Below are positions 13,750-26,349 of a stretch of 64,000 nucleotides of DNA, piece by piece. The stretch lies in the NCBI RefSeq assembly GCF_006345805.1, contig NC_043006.1:47058001-47122000 (forward strand), written 5' to 3'. The notes under the pieces were generated by a model, which was not told the origin of the DNA, searched no databases, and saw nothing but the letters and a program-made list of their open reading frames with translations. Both the position numbers and the translations under genes were made by a program. Origin of the DNA: Octopus sinensis. Taxonomy: Eukaryota. The stretch's first letter is position 1, and each line of letters opens with the position of its first letter.

Positions 13750-14081
13750 TATAAAATATTATTAGAGACAAAACCACTATTTTGCAAAACAAACAAGGAA
13801 AGACTTAATCAATACATAAAATTTTAATAAATAGTCAAAAAAACCGCCACTACAATTGTTACTTGTCTTGATCGACAATCTTCAGGTGGACTTCCAATAA
13901 GTCAGTTTCAAATTATAATTTGAAACTGACTTATTGGAAGTCCACCTGAAGATTGTCGATCAAGACAAGTAACAATTGTAGTGGCGGTTTTTTTGACTAT
14001 TTATTAAAATTTTATGTATTGATTAAGTCTTTCCTTGTTTGTTTTGCAAAATAGTGGTTTTGTCTCTAATAATATTTTATA
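13750..14081. repeat. Perfect 332-bp spacerless palindrome (166-bp arms, centre 13915/13916), PLE pseudo-LTR-like
   Basis: Arms read as exact reverse complements (tataaaatattattagagac...gtttcaaatta|taatttgaaac...gtctctaataatattttata). Confidence 0.95.
13942..13984 (+). ncRNA. Hammerhead ribozyme-like motif with one core mismatch; mirror copy at 13847-13889 on the - strand
   Basis: CCAC-CUGAAGA-UUGUC(gaucaa)GACAA-GUAA-CAAUUG-UA-GUGG: stems I and II pair, stem III is the palindrome ACAAUUGU, and GAAA reads GUAA. Confidence 0.7.
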
Positions 14082-14092
14082 TATATATATAT

Positions 14093-15895
14093 TTAAAATT
14101 TGGTATGCGATAAAATTTTCAGATGTTTGTCTTAAACATTCAGACAAGCAAATTCACAAATTAGATGGATGACATGAGATATTATTCCATTGAACTAACC
14201 ACATATTTATATTAAGATATAGATGATAAAAATATAGAAGTATAAGAATATAAACATAAAAATTAAATGGAGTACCATGACAGTAAAAAATATATTTAGA
14301 ATAGATTAAAGGAGGCGATTGAAGGGATCACTCCAAACCTACGCCCGTTTCACAAAAGTGTTAAGGGGCTGTAGGAAATAATCCAAATTCAACACACTGC
14401 AATCATATTTCCAAAGAATTAAACTTGAAAACCCGTAGAAATCTTCCCACTAATCCGGACTTATTGAACTTCGAATAGGATATTATCCACATCGTTCAGA
14501 AATTAAATTTCAAAGGATCACCAATCCAGTAAACAAAAAAAATCTCCCAAATTATCAAGGAAATAAAGAACTCTCCGAATTTGCATGTGTTAAATGATAA
14601 AACTGGAAATATCTACTGAATTCCAGTCGATGAACATAATAATCTATTACTGAAAGAATTGAAGTCTAAGTACAAAGTGACCACTAATAACGCTGTTAAG
14701 GATATTTATGCTAATCATTATAGGCTCTTTAGGGAATTAAACTTACTTGATAAAACTGAATCATGTACCGCTGAAACGCCTCATTTTACTTTAAAGGATC
14801 ATAAACCGGGATTTTGAAAGCAAACCTAGTATTAGATTAATTTGTCCCACGAAATCCGACTTGGGTAGAATTGGTATAGCTATAATTGATAAAATTCTCC
14901 CGCATGTTAGACATAGTAATAATAATTTATCTTTATGGCAATGTACTGGAGACACATGGTTTGTTTCCCTAAATAATAAAAATAAACAAACATTTTTCAG
15001 CTCGATAACGATAATAATTACAAATCAATAACTCCAGAGCTTTGGGATAAGGCAATAACCTTCGCTGAAAAATTTAAAGAAATATCCCCTTTGAAAAAGG
15101 ATGTAATTTTAAATGCCAGGAAAACCCTAATCGCATTTAATAAGAAGTGGACTCGAAGTGATAGCCAGGATAACTTTGATATAACTATGGGAGTCAGCGG
15201 ATTCGGCCCAGATTACTGATTTGGTGGGCCACTTTTTATTTTTGATATAAAAAGTAGTTTTCCCACTATTAAAAGAGGCCTTTATAGAGAAGATGGCTTA
15301 TTCGTGATCCCTATTTCATCCCTACGAAAGAGAGATGAAACTAGAAAAGTTTTATTAAAATTTCGAAAGAAGTATAATTTAAATATAACCCTTGATAATA
15401 CTACCAACATAGTTAATTTCTTGGATATTACCCTCAATTTAAAGAATGGCTAGTATTACCCATACCATAAGCCGAATAAGGTAATACAATATATAAATTG
15501 TAAATCAAATCATCTCCGTAGTGTCATAAACGGTATTACAACTTGTATATCCACTAGAATATCAAATTTGTCTAGTAATGAAGATATATTTAATAATCAT
15601 GCCACCCTGTATAATCAAACACTCAGAAAAAGTGAATTTAACCAGGAAATTTATTATATATCTAATACAATTTTTAAAAACCAAATTAAATAGCTATAAA
15701 TCAGTGAAAAGCAACCAGATAAATTGCCCAAATATGCAATTTGTGCATAAACAATGTGGTTTTAGAAATGAGAATTATAGGCATAAAAATGATATTAAGA
15801 AATCTAGAAAATGGGATATAATTTGGTTCACTTTAGGAACCTCTCTAAATCTGTTCAGAGGTAGTAAAGATATACCAATTAGAAATATATGTTGA
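14093..15895 (+). mobile_element. Decayed Penelope-like element reverse transcriptase
   Basis: Broken frames give DKTGNIY, TLKDHKPGF/ESKPSIRLICPTKSDLGRI, NFDITMG, GLYREDGL (15277-15300, cf. GLYRDDGL), VNFLDITLNL..YYPYHKPN, YINCKSNH, RISNLSSNEDIF and DIIWF, all typical of invertebrate PLE RTs. Confidence 0.88.
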
Positions 15896-16181
15896 GATAA
15901 GGGCTGCAAACCATAAAATTACATTTTATTAATTACCTCTCCATTTTCTCTTTATTCTTTAAATATACAAATATATGAACTATGGTTTATATGTTTACCC
16001 TATAGTTGAACATTATATGGATTGGTAACTAACCAGTAACTAACCCCTTAATGAGGTTTATAACCATTATTTGTATATACATAGATATATATATATATAT
16101 GCATGTATATGCCTCTGTATATATATACGTATATATACACACATATATATATATATATATGTATATGCGTCTGTATATATA

Positions 16182-16242
<61 letters not shown>

Positions 16243-16290
16243 GATAGGGAGTGAGTGACATAAAGCATACATATGTATGTAATTATGTCG

Positions 16291-16336
<46 letters not shown>

Positions 16337-17970
16337 ATATGTATGAATGTATAAATCTGCATGTATAAAATGCTCTCTTCCCAGTAGTTTTAGATTTCAA
16401 ATTTCAAGTGTAATTATTTTCAGTAACCTCTCTTTTACTGTAACACTTGTCCTTCCTCAAGAATATTTTTACCTTTTAAGAACATATTTCATGCCACTCT
16501 TTATCAGAAGAACTCCAATCGCCTTCCATATACCGATTTTTCCCGCAGAAAGTCTTTCCAGTTTTTACCATGCCATACATATCTTTACGTAGTGTTTGTC
16601 TTGGGGTATAGCTACCGCTGTCTCTCTTTCATTTTTAAGATGGAGATTTGTGTATTATTTTTCTTTAAATACAATGCATGTATCTTCTTAGGTACATCAT
16701 TGTGTGCGAGCATATCACGGATACGCCATACCGCTATGTATATAAATTTAAAACACAAAGAGAAGCTCGCCCTTAGTGCGAGCTTCTCTTTGTGTCTCAG
16801 CATTTACTTACTGTTTGTCTGCGTGTTTATGCATATGCTTAAGAGATCGAATGTGTGTATATGAAGCATGAAGCATTATTTGTTCTACTGATTTGCTCCC
16901 ATAATTTCTTTTGATGCCGCCACAACAAACGGAAATAAAAGTCTACGAACAATGCAGTCACCTACAGAACTTCTGCTCTCTTCTGCAGGCATTCATAAAC
17001 TTATGTGTGTTACTGTGTATCTGTTGACGTCTGAGTTTCTGTCTGCAACAGTGTTTTATGATTGCTTTGGCATGTCTTTGTATGTTTTGTGTGAGTGCGC
17101 GTCTGTATAAGTTGTATTGTTGTGGTGTATTTTCTGTTTGTTTTTGTTTAACTGTGTGCATGTTCGAGCGTGAGAATGGTATAAAAATCTTTTGATCTGA
17201 TCCACCAGTAGCATCAAGGGAAACATTTATGTATTGTTGACTGAAACTCAATTTTAAAATATTGTTTGTTAAGCTGGCACGCTCTTATAATTACTCGTAA
17301 AACATACCCAGCGCTCAAATAAAGCATATCTTGAATAATGAAGCCGTCGACACAAAAAATAAATCTGTGTAGGTCGGTGTTGACACATATGAATTCGTGC
17401 ATGTTTGTTAGTCTGTCTGGAGATCTGTGTATTTCTGTGTTTGTCTTTATGTGCGTCTATATGAACGTATATTCGTGTTCCTCTATGTTTGGGTATACTG
17501 TGTATTTTTCTGTGTAGCTGTATGTGTAGGAAGGATTAGAGTGTACGAGTATGCGAATCCGTTCGGAAAAAAATTCATGTGTGAGTAGCAGCAAGTGATT
17601 TGATTGGTTGAAATCATTGAAGTAAATCCTGTCTATAAAATGCGTCAACAGTTTTGTTCTCGCATATGCATGACAGAAAATGAAGAACAAACCCATAATT
17701 CCACAAATATTACTTTGAGACATTAATCATTACACTTAAAGTTACAGTAAATTTTGTATTATAAAGTATACTTTATTTGCAATGGAAGAAAAATGGCTGC
17801 TATTTATAACATATCGAACACGTAAAGCGTACGTGTACTTACATATAAACTGTACTGGATGGCTCTTTGTAGAGGCATACCAGGCATGGGTGAGTGGAGC
17901 GAAAGCGAAAGTTAATACAACTATGCTTTTACAGGCATAGATTCTTTTCCATAGAAACATGCACACACAA

Positions 17971-18384
17971 GGGGAGCTGGCAGAAACGTTAGCACGCCGG
18001 GCGAAATGCTTAGCAGTATTTCGTCTGCCGTTACGTTCAGGGTTCAAATTCCGCCGAGGTCGACTTTGCCTTTCATCCTATCGGGGTCGATAAATTAAGT
18101 ACCAGTTACGCACTGGGGTCGATGTAATCGACTTAATCCGTTTGTCTGTCCTTGTTTGTCCTCTCTGTGTTTAGCCTCTTGTGGGTAGTAAAGAAATATA
18201 TATTTCGTCTGCCGTTACGTTCTGAGTTCAAATTCCGCCGATGTCGACTATGCCTTTCATCCTTTCGGGCTCGATAGATCAAGTACCATTTACGCACTTG
18301 GGTCGATGTAATCGACTTAAGCCTTTTCTCTGTCCTTGTTTGTCCCCTCTATGCTTAGCCACTTGTAGGCAAAAAAGAAATAAG
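17971..18384 (+). mobile_element. SINE family A, long-tail subfamily: head + 2 tandem 184-bp bodies
   Basis: Unit starts (tatttcgtctgccgttacgttc) at 18017 and 18201. Confidence 0.92.
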
Positions 18385-18429
18385 TAATAAGAAATAAGAA
18401 ACACGTACACACATTTATGTGTGTTCAAG

Positions 18430-18526
18430 TGGTACTGTTTTATCGTTACCGAAACGATGACAGGCAGAGTCGACCTAAGCGTAATTTGAACTCAGAACGT
18501 ATAGACGGACAAAATGCTGTTAAGGA
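18430..18526 (-). mobile_element. SINE family A fragment, inverted relative to the adjacent copy
   Basis: ggtact..tttatcg..gagtcgacc..atttgaactcagaacgta. Confidence 0.7.
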
Positions 18527-19011
18527 TTATAATCCTTGTAGCTGAACATGGATCTTTTTTCTGTTTATCACAAAATTGAGATTCCATTAATGTTGCTGCC
18601 GTTCCTGTTGTTTTTGCCTTGCTTTTATTTAAATATCTATTTCTGTTTGCAATCACATAAAAGAGCAATATTCTTTAAAGTTTGAAACGACCTTCGTAAC
18701 AGCGATATTTTTATAATGCAGAGGGGATTTGATAGTGATATCTATCAACACGTATTTTTTTTTTTCATCAGGAAATAAGATTTCAAATAGGATCAGGCGT
18801 TTATTAGTTTGATTTTTCAAATGGATGCATGCCAATTTATGGCGTGAGGATTTGATTGGATTCTCAGTGAAATCAGCAAAGAACGTAAAGGAAATACAGA
18901 GACAGGGATACAAAACGAAACAGTGCATTGAAAACTACATGCAGAGTAATAGATTCAAATACACACACACACACATACAAACACACACACACACCACACA
19001 CACACACACAC

Positions 19012-19064
<53 letters not shown>

Positions 19065-19152
19065 CTATCTATCTATATATATATATATATTATATATATA
19101 TATATATAATATATATATATATATATGAATGTACACGTATATAAATATAAAT

Positions 19153-19186
<34 letters not shown>

Positions 19187-19453
19187 AGCATTTACATATA
19201 TAAATATAATACACGTATATGTTCATACATAGAGGTGTATATAGTACGCAATATTTAGTGTGCAGCACGCTACTCCCAATTTCCTATATGTATTAGTTCG
19301 TGTACCAATGAAACCTGGTTGTCAAGAGTAGAGACAATTGAATCTTAAAACGTAATCTACCACCGTAATGCTCACCCGCTCACTCGCAAGTATACACGCA
19401 CTCATACACAGGCATGCACACACGTACAGTTGCACACTCATATAGATTTTCTT

Positions 19454-19771
19454 GGTGGAGGTGCAATGGAAGAGTGGTTAGGGCAGCGGACTCGCGGTCG
19501 GAGGATCGCGGTTTCGATTACCAGACCAGGCGTTGTGTGTTTATCGAGCGAAAACACCTAAAGCTCCACGAGGCTCCGGCAGCGGGTGGTGGCAATCCCT
19601 GTTGTACTCTTTCGCCTCAACTTTCTATCACTCTTTCTTCCTGTTTCTTCGGTAACGCTGCGATAAACTGGCGTCCCGTCCAGCTAGGGGAAACATACGC
19701 TACAGAAACCGAGAAACCGGGTCCATGAGCCTGATTAGGCTTGAAAAAGGGCGCATAAATAAATTTTAAAA
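19454..19771 (+). mobile_element. SINE family C (tRNA head, V-domain-like segment) with 12-bp TSD
   Basis: A-box-like agtggttagggc, B-box ggtttcgattacc, V-like ctgcgataaactggcgtcccgtccag..gctacagaaaccg; TSD atagattttctt at 19442-19453 and 19772-19783. Confidence 0.88.
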
Positions 19772-21743
19772 ATAGATTTTCTTAAAACACACACACACAC
19801 ATACACACACACATATATAATCATGAATCGGTAATTCTTTATACGGCATGCAGTACCCAATTGCATAAAACAGCGTGGAAAACGGGATCGTTGCAGATTC
19901 TCTGAACATTTTTCTTTGTATAAATATGATTGTTTCGAGGGGTATTCTGGTATATAATGATGACCCTTAGTCGATACTCTGTTCAAATTATTATACGGTC
20001 GTGGAGTTGTTTTTGAAGATGGTATAGCTACTCATTTTTGATGTTGAAATGATCGCAAAGAAACTATATTTGTGGCATATATATGTATCGTCAATATTTT
20101 CTCAGAAAGTCTTTGGCACTTTTAGTAATGTGACCTGAATTTAAAATAAGTTTTGAAACTGCTGCAATGGTACTATTCCACAGAGCATTGCCAATGGATA
20201 CACAATGATCGACTATCGTTTTTAATAGAACTAATATGAAGAAAAGTGAATGAAATCTGTCAAATAATCCTTCAGTCGAATAATTGAAAAGTAATGTAAT
20301 TATTTGTACAAAAGCAAACATATTGACTACGAGACAATTACGCTCGTATGAGACAATTTCACATGGTCTTATTCATTCGGAAACAATAATACAATTTCTG
20401 ACTGGGAGTATAATGTTTCATTTAAAACTATAATATATTGTCTATCTTTGGAATAATGATACAAGAGTTATAAGTTGCGTACAATAAAGAATGAAATTAA
20501 ACATCACCTGAATTGCATGATGGCCAATAACATGCCATATTCAATGGCTCATAATCATGAAGAAGAGAAATAGAGTAAAAACCACGATAATACTTTTTGT
20601 CACATGAAACTTAACGAATGGAGATTACTTTTCTCAATGTTCGTTTTACTGTAGACACGGACAATCTTTCATGTACACATACACAAAGACAAACACACAT
20701 ACATTCGCACACATACACACATGCGCATAAATATATAAGAGCAGGCGAAGCTGCGTGGTTAGGAGGTTCGGTTTGCAGGCAGTTAGTCTTTAGTTCAATC
20801 CTACTGCGCAACACCTTGGGCTTGTTTCTTCCACTATTTCCTCCACACATAAATTACTTGAGAGTGGATACGCCCAAACTCACACACAAACACACGCGCA
20901 TACATTTATGTATATAAGTGTATGTGCTACGTGTGACGTTCGTGTTTGTTCTCACACCATTTGACATTCGTAATATTAATGTTTATTTAAGGGGTATTAT
21001 CCTGTGCGAGAAGAGCAGGTTATAACAACAAATTACCTGATGCATCAAAATCGTAGGGATACAGGTAAACAACCTAGGCGTAACAACCTGTTTTGGAACT
21101 AGCAACAGAGGATGTAATCTATAACTAAGGCGATATCACAGATTACCATTATATGTTTTAGCTGCAAGGCTTGTGGTCAAGGCTAGAAAGTTATACAACG
21201 AAATCTGCAAAGGGAATAGTTCTGAGGATATGCTTATAAAAATGGAAACTGATACGCAGGACATTGTCACTAATAACTGAAAATAATACTTAGGAAATGT
21301 CCTGTAAAAACTCCAATAAAATGCCTGTGTAAGAGAACAGCCATAATGCCCTGGTTGGAAAATCGAAATTCTTTACTATACTCGATATCAGTTGCCCAAC
21401 AGTGTTAGGATATTTCAAAGACGAGCAAGAAAACATATATGTTGCATGGATGCGAAATCTGAAGCTATTTAATTTGTACAATAAATGCTATATTTGTGCA
21501 TAAAATTGAATAGGTGAACAGCTGCTTCCACACCAATGGTGTGAAGCTTAAAAACCAGAGAAACATGCTTAATTAGGGGACTAGGGCTTTAAGTTAGCAA
21601 TAGGTTTGTCAAGACATGGAAGAAGTGTACAGAGAAATAAATTCACATATCAAGGCATATAGATTTATATATACCTGTAGCCATATATAGTATCAGGTAA
21701 GTATGTTAATTTTCAGTGCTCTCAAATTTGAAATCTTGAATTA

Positions 21744-21824
21744 CTGTACTGAAGAGGCGGATGAGAGAGTAGAAATATGATTTCACATTTTTCTCATCTC
21801 TCTAACTCCGAAACGCGTATACAG
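21744..21824 (+). ncRNA. Minimal (PLE-type) hammerhead ribozyme with intact core and long stem II
   Basis: CUGUA-CUGAAGA-GG..(GAGAG..AGAAA / UUUCU..CUCUC)..CC-GAAA-CGCG-UA-UACAG: stem I CUGUA/UACAG, palindromic stem III ACGCGU, predicted cleavage after A21819. Confidence 0.8.
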
Positions 21825-22030
21825 CTAATCAAAGCCACGTGGATTCGTTATTTTTTTCCTCTTTACCTACGTGGGTTGTTGAGTATTGCTGCTTGGGAGA
21901 TTTTCTTATGGTAATGAAATAGTAGTTTAACTGCTATTTCTAAATTTCGGTATGTGGTGAAGCAAATTTTGCTGAACCCCAATTATAATTATACTCATAA
22001 TTATAGAATTATATATATATATATATATAT

Positions 22031-22242
22031 AGTTAATCCAAACAAGAAAACACAAAAAAAAAACAAAAAAAACACAACAACGCGAATACGTGGAACAAAT
22101 AAAGTATTATTGGACGCTCAGGAAAGAAGGGAAGAAGGAGGGTCTAACGTTTTGAGCGGAGCTCTTCGTCGGAAACATAGGAGAAGGAAAGATCCCGAGA
22201 AGGGAAGACAGAGGAAAAAAATCGCCAGTGGTACTCACGAGG

Positions 22243-22245
<3 letters not shown>
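22031..22245 (-). mobile_element. (TA)n-flanked PLE pLTR-like fragment with degenerate HHR (22142-22176)
   Basis: Minus strand GUUU-CCGACGA-A-GAGC(ucc)GCUC-AAAA-CG-UU-AGAC: stems I and II pair, with two core substitutions. Confidence 0.6.
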
Positions 22246-22287
<42 letters not shown>

Positions 22288-23326
22288 GTGTGCATTGATA
22301 TGAATATGTATGTAGCATCCCATCCGAGATTCCGAGTGAGAGTTATTACAGCAACGTATTATACCATAAACCAGAAACCGGAGACATCAGGCAGATGTTA
22401 TCAGTATAATGACAGGAATCTTGACAGATACCAATCAAAGTGACTGGTAATAATAATGCAATAATGAATATATGGAGATCGGGGAATCAGCATCTATGAA
22501 TGAAGACAGCAAGAATAATCTGAACGTTGTTACATACGCACTATTCATAATTCTTTTGAGTGCCTTTATCAAATAGGGTCACTGAAAATAAAAGCGCAAA
22601 CCTGAAGCATTTATCTGTTGTTATAACACTGCTAGTAGATTTTTGGAAGGCTGATATTTCCTTTTTTAACAGGAGACATTTGCAAACAATAACGTCTTCA
22701 TCGACTTTGCTTGGATGCTAACCTGAAACAGAGGTATAGCATCGTTAATCGTATTGATACTTGCTTTTTCTCTGACTCTCACATACTCCTATTCTCTCAC
22801 ACGAATGCTTTATTAGATGAAGCTTATAGCCTGAAAACTTTTATTAAGGAAGGTTTTGTAACTAGTAAACTATTCTATAATTTGATCTATGCTCTACAAC
22901 TGGCTAACCAAAAGGTACGAGAGGGATCTGAAAGGTCCCTAGCTTTGGGTAAAAGAAAATGCAAGAAAATCAGATAACTCTGATTTTAATCAACAAAGAG
23001 CCGTCTCATATTCACACACTTATCACAGCAGTTCTTCAGTTTGCTTAACCCTTGGAAAAGAACTCAGAATTTTGGGCCCCGAACTAGGCCTTTCGCGATA
23101 TCCTTAAAGCAAGGAAGTTTTCACCACCTCCTGGTCTTCTTCGTGCGTTTAACATTGTCTTGGCTGAATGTTATTATAATCCAACGCTGCTTTTAGCCTA
23201 ATTGAATGATTTTAGTGAACGGATAGGATGATTTTCCCAATACATTATTCACTAAACTTATTCCCCGTAACAATATTTCCCAGCTTAACATAATATACTT
23301 CAGGCACATGGATTTACATGCAAGTG

Positions 23327-23471
23327 CAGTTCTATATTTAAGAGATGAGGAATTATGTACATTATTTAGGTTATTTACAATTGACAGATATTTGTCCTCA
23401 TCTTGATTGGCGTAGTGGTTAAGAGTGCGGGCTACTAACCCCAAGATTCCGAGTTCGATTCCAGGCAGTGT

Positions 23472-23503
<32 letters not shown>

Positions 23504-23694
23504 TAATAATAATAATAATAATAACAACAACAACAACAACATCGAAAGCTACCTTAGGAACGAGAACCCACTTTCGAAAGTTCCTAAAGACACCTCATGA
23601 AGGCTGGGGGGTATATCAGCCGAAACGTTGTGGTAACAACAAACAAGTTGAGGACAAATATCCGTCAATTGTAAATTATGTCAATAATATACAT
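23327..23694 (+). mobile_element. tRNA-head/(AAT)n/HHR element, copy 1, with inverted tail copy at its 5' end
   Basis: Inverted tail 23327-23405; A-box TGGCGTAGTGG 23408-23418; B-box GAGTTCGATTCC 23451-23462; (AAT)n(AAC)n; HHR 23589-23634 (CUCAUGA variant). Confidence 0.85.
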
Positions 23695-23909
23695 CTAAAT
23701 ATTGATACACATATACATACATGTACACTTACATGCATGAGTGTGTACATGTGTACGTATACATGTGTACATACACACATACACACGTACACACTTATAT
23801 ATATACATATATAGATTTGTACATATATACATCCGCGTGTCTGCATATCTCAAACTTCTTATCGTTGATGTTGCTTCTCCTCTCCCTCCGTATTCCCCTC
23901 TTCCTTCTC

Positions 23910-24180
23910 CTTCTACTACTACTACGAACACCACTACTACCACCACCACAACCAACACTACTACTACTACGACTACTGCCACTGCCACTGCTACCACTAC
24001 TACTACCACTACCACTACCACCAACAACAACAGCACTGCTACCACCATCAGAACAATCACTACTACTACTACTATTACTACAACTAATACTGCTACTACT
24101 ACTACTACTACTACAACTACTACTACTACTACTATTACTACAACTAATACTGCTACTACTACTACTACTTCTACTACATC
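23910..24180. repeat. (ACT)n/(ACC)n imperfect trinucleotide repeat
   Basis: Directly visible; explains the poly-T/L/V ORFs. Confidence 0.92.
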
Positions 24181-24369
24181 AGTAATTCGTAGTTTTTACT
24201 GCTGTTCTCATCATCACCTTCATAATAATTAGTGTGAATATTATCATTGAATTTCTTGAAATTTGCACGCGTTGAAACGTTCCAGGCAATGCGTTGAAAC
24301 CCTTTTCTTGTTGCATGCATAAAATAGCATCTCGTTACATATGCCCATACACATACACGCACACATAAG

Positions 24370-24370
24370 G

Positions 24371-24432
<62 letters not shown>

Positions 24433-24489
24433 CATAGATAGATAGATAGATAGATAGAGAGAGAGAGTGAGAGAGAGACATATAGATAA

Positions 24490-24556
<67 letters not shown>

Positions 24557-24613
24557 TACAGATAGGTAGAAAGACATATGGATAGACAGTTAGAAAGATT
24601 GACAGATAGATAA

Positions 24614-24676
<63 letters not shown>

Positions 24677-24677
24677 T

Positions 24678-24739
<62 letters not shown>
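24370..24739. repeat. (TAGA)n microsatellite arrays
   Basis: Directly visible. Confidence 0.95.
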
Positions 24740-25135
24740 GCAGTATAGACTGAGGATTCTCATTGGATTGTTTAACAGTTTACCTTCTCCACAGTCGACA
24801 TCGATATAGCTAAGCTGAAATACGTAAACATGTTTCTCTCCTAATAAGCAGACGATTGTTGGGGAAAACTCTCAAAACATCTATAATCTGGTGCTTTTGC
24901 ATCTGAACACAGCTGGCTGTAACAGCGTGTGATGTGAAGCATACAAAAAATGGCTTTAATAAACGGTTTTAGATTAATTTAAACAGTTCAACGAGTATAT
25001 ACATGTGCAGGAACATACATGCTGATTCTTGAAACGTTAATGATAGTTAGAATGGCGATGATGGTGTTAACAATAACCAAAGAAAATTTCTACATTGTCA
25101 ACAACAACTACTTCAAGTAAAAATCGTAGTAGTAA

Positions 25136-25350
25136 TAATCCTTTCTATTATAGGCATAAGGACTGAGATTTTGAGGGAGGGGAGTAATCGATTACATCGA
25201 CTAAGCGTTTCACTAGTACTTAATTTATCGACCTCGATAAGATGAAAGGCAAAGTCGACCTCATCAGAATTTGAACACAAAACGTAGTGACGAGCAAAAT
25301 ATCGCTAAGCATTTCGACCAGCGTGCTAACGATTCTGCCAGCTCGCCGCC
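25136..25350 (-). mobile_element. SINE family A, short-tail subfamily
   Basis: Ends ..gattctgccagctcgccgcc (reverse complement of the head); core aagatgaaaggcaaagtcgacc. Confidence 0.88.
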
Positions 25351-25374
25351 AAATCATCGTAGTAATAATGATTG

Positions 25375-25680
25375 CTGTTGTTTGTTCTTTCTCGAGCCAT
25401 GCCTGGCTCATAAGGGCCGGTTTCCCGGTTTCCTTGGTGCATAGGTTCCCCACTTGGATGGGACGCCGGTCCATCGCAGGTGAGCTGCAAGATGCAAGAG
25501 GAAACAGTGAGAGAAAGTTGTGGCGAAAGAGTCAGCAGAAGTGCGCCATTATCCCTTGCCGGAACGCGTGTGGCTTAGGTGTTTCGCTCATTTACACACA
25601 CATCACCCGGTATGAGATTCGAATCCGCGATACGTCGACCGTGAGTCCGCTCCTGTAACCACTACGCCATGTGCCTCCAC
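25375..25680 (-). mobile_element. SINE family C with 14-bp TSD
   Basis: Reverse complement homologous to 19454-19771; TSD agtaataatgattg at 25361-25374 and 25681-25694. Confidence 0.85.
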
Positions 25681-25906
25681 AGTAATAATGATTGTAATAA
25701 CAATATATTTTCTATAACAACAACAACAACAACAACAATTGTTCCTACAATAGGCACGTTGGCTGAAATTTCACGAAGGGTTAGTCGATTGTATCAATTC
25801 TTTTAATGGAAGGTTACTTATTTTAGAGCACCAAAAGAGATGGATTGCAAGGTCGCCTACGTTGGAATTTGAACTTTGAATGTACAATCGGAGGAGATCC
25901 TACTAA

Positions 25907-26307
25907 GCAGGAGTGGCTTTGCGGTAAGTTGCTTGCTTACCAACCACATGGTTCCGGGTTCACTACCACTGCGTGGTACCTTGGGCAAGTGCCTTCTACT
26001 ATAACCTCGGGTCGACCAAAGGCTTGCGAGTTGATTTGGTAAACGGAAACTGAAAGAAGCCCGTCGTATATATGTATATATATAGTTATATGTACGTGTG
26101 TGTAAATGCTTTTGTACCTGTGTTTGTGCCCCCCAACATCGCTTGGCAACCTATGCTGGCGTGTTTACGTCCCTGTTACTTATCGGTTCGGCAAAAGAGA
26201 GGGATAGAATAAGAACTAGACTTACAAGTCCTGGGGTCAATTTGCTCGACTGAAGGCGGTGCTCCAGCATGGCCACAGTCAAATGATAGAAACAAGTAAA
26301 AGAGTAA
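25907..26307 (+). mobile_element. SINE family B, full length
   Basis: Colinear with 32451-32846. Confidence 0.9.
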
Positions 26308-26349
26308 GCAAATCTGTAGTAACAATCCTGCGAAATCACAGTCTAATAG

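Noticed and set aside
20950-21640. Possible PLE GIY-YIG relic upstream of the 21744 HHR
   Set aside because: Only a CxxC-like trace (CFSCKACG); insufficient evidence.
23408-23475. Genuine tRNA gene (also 61130-61203 and 19454-19530)
   Set aside because: A and B boxes are present but the acceptor stem does not close, and each head continues into a repeated element body; these are SINE heads.
23741-24232. Mucin-like Thr-rich ORF
   Set aside because: It is an (ACT)n repeat; no splice context or signal peptide is evident.
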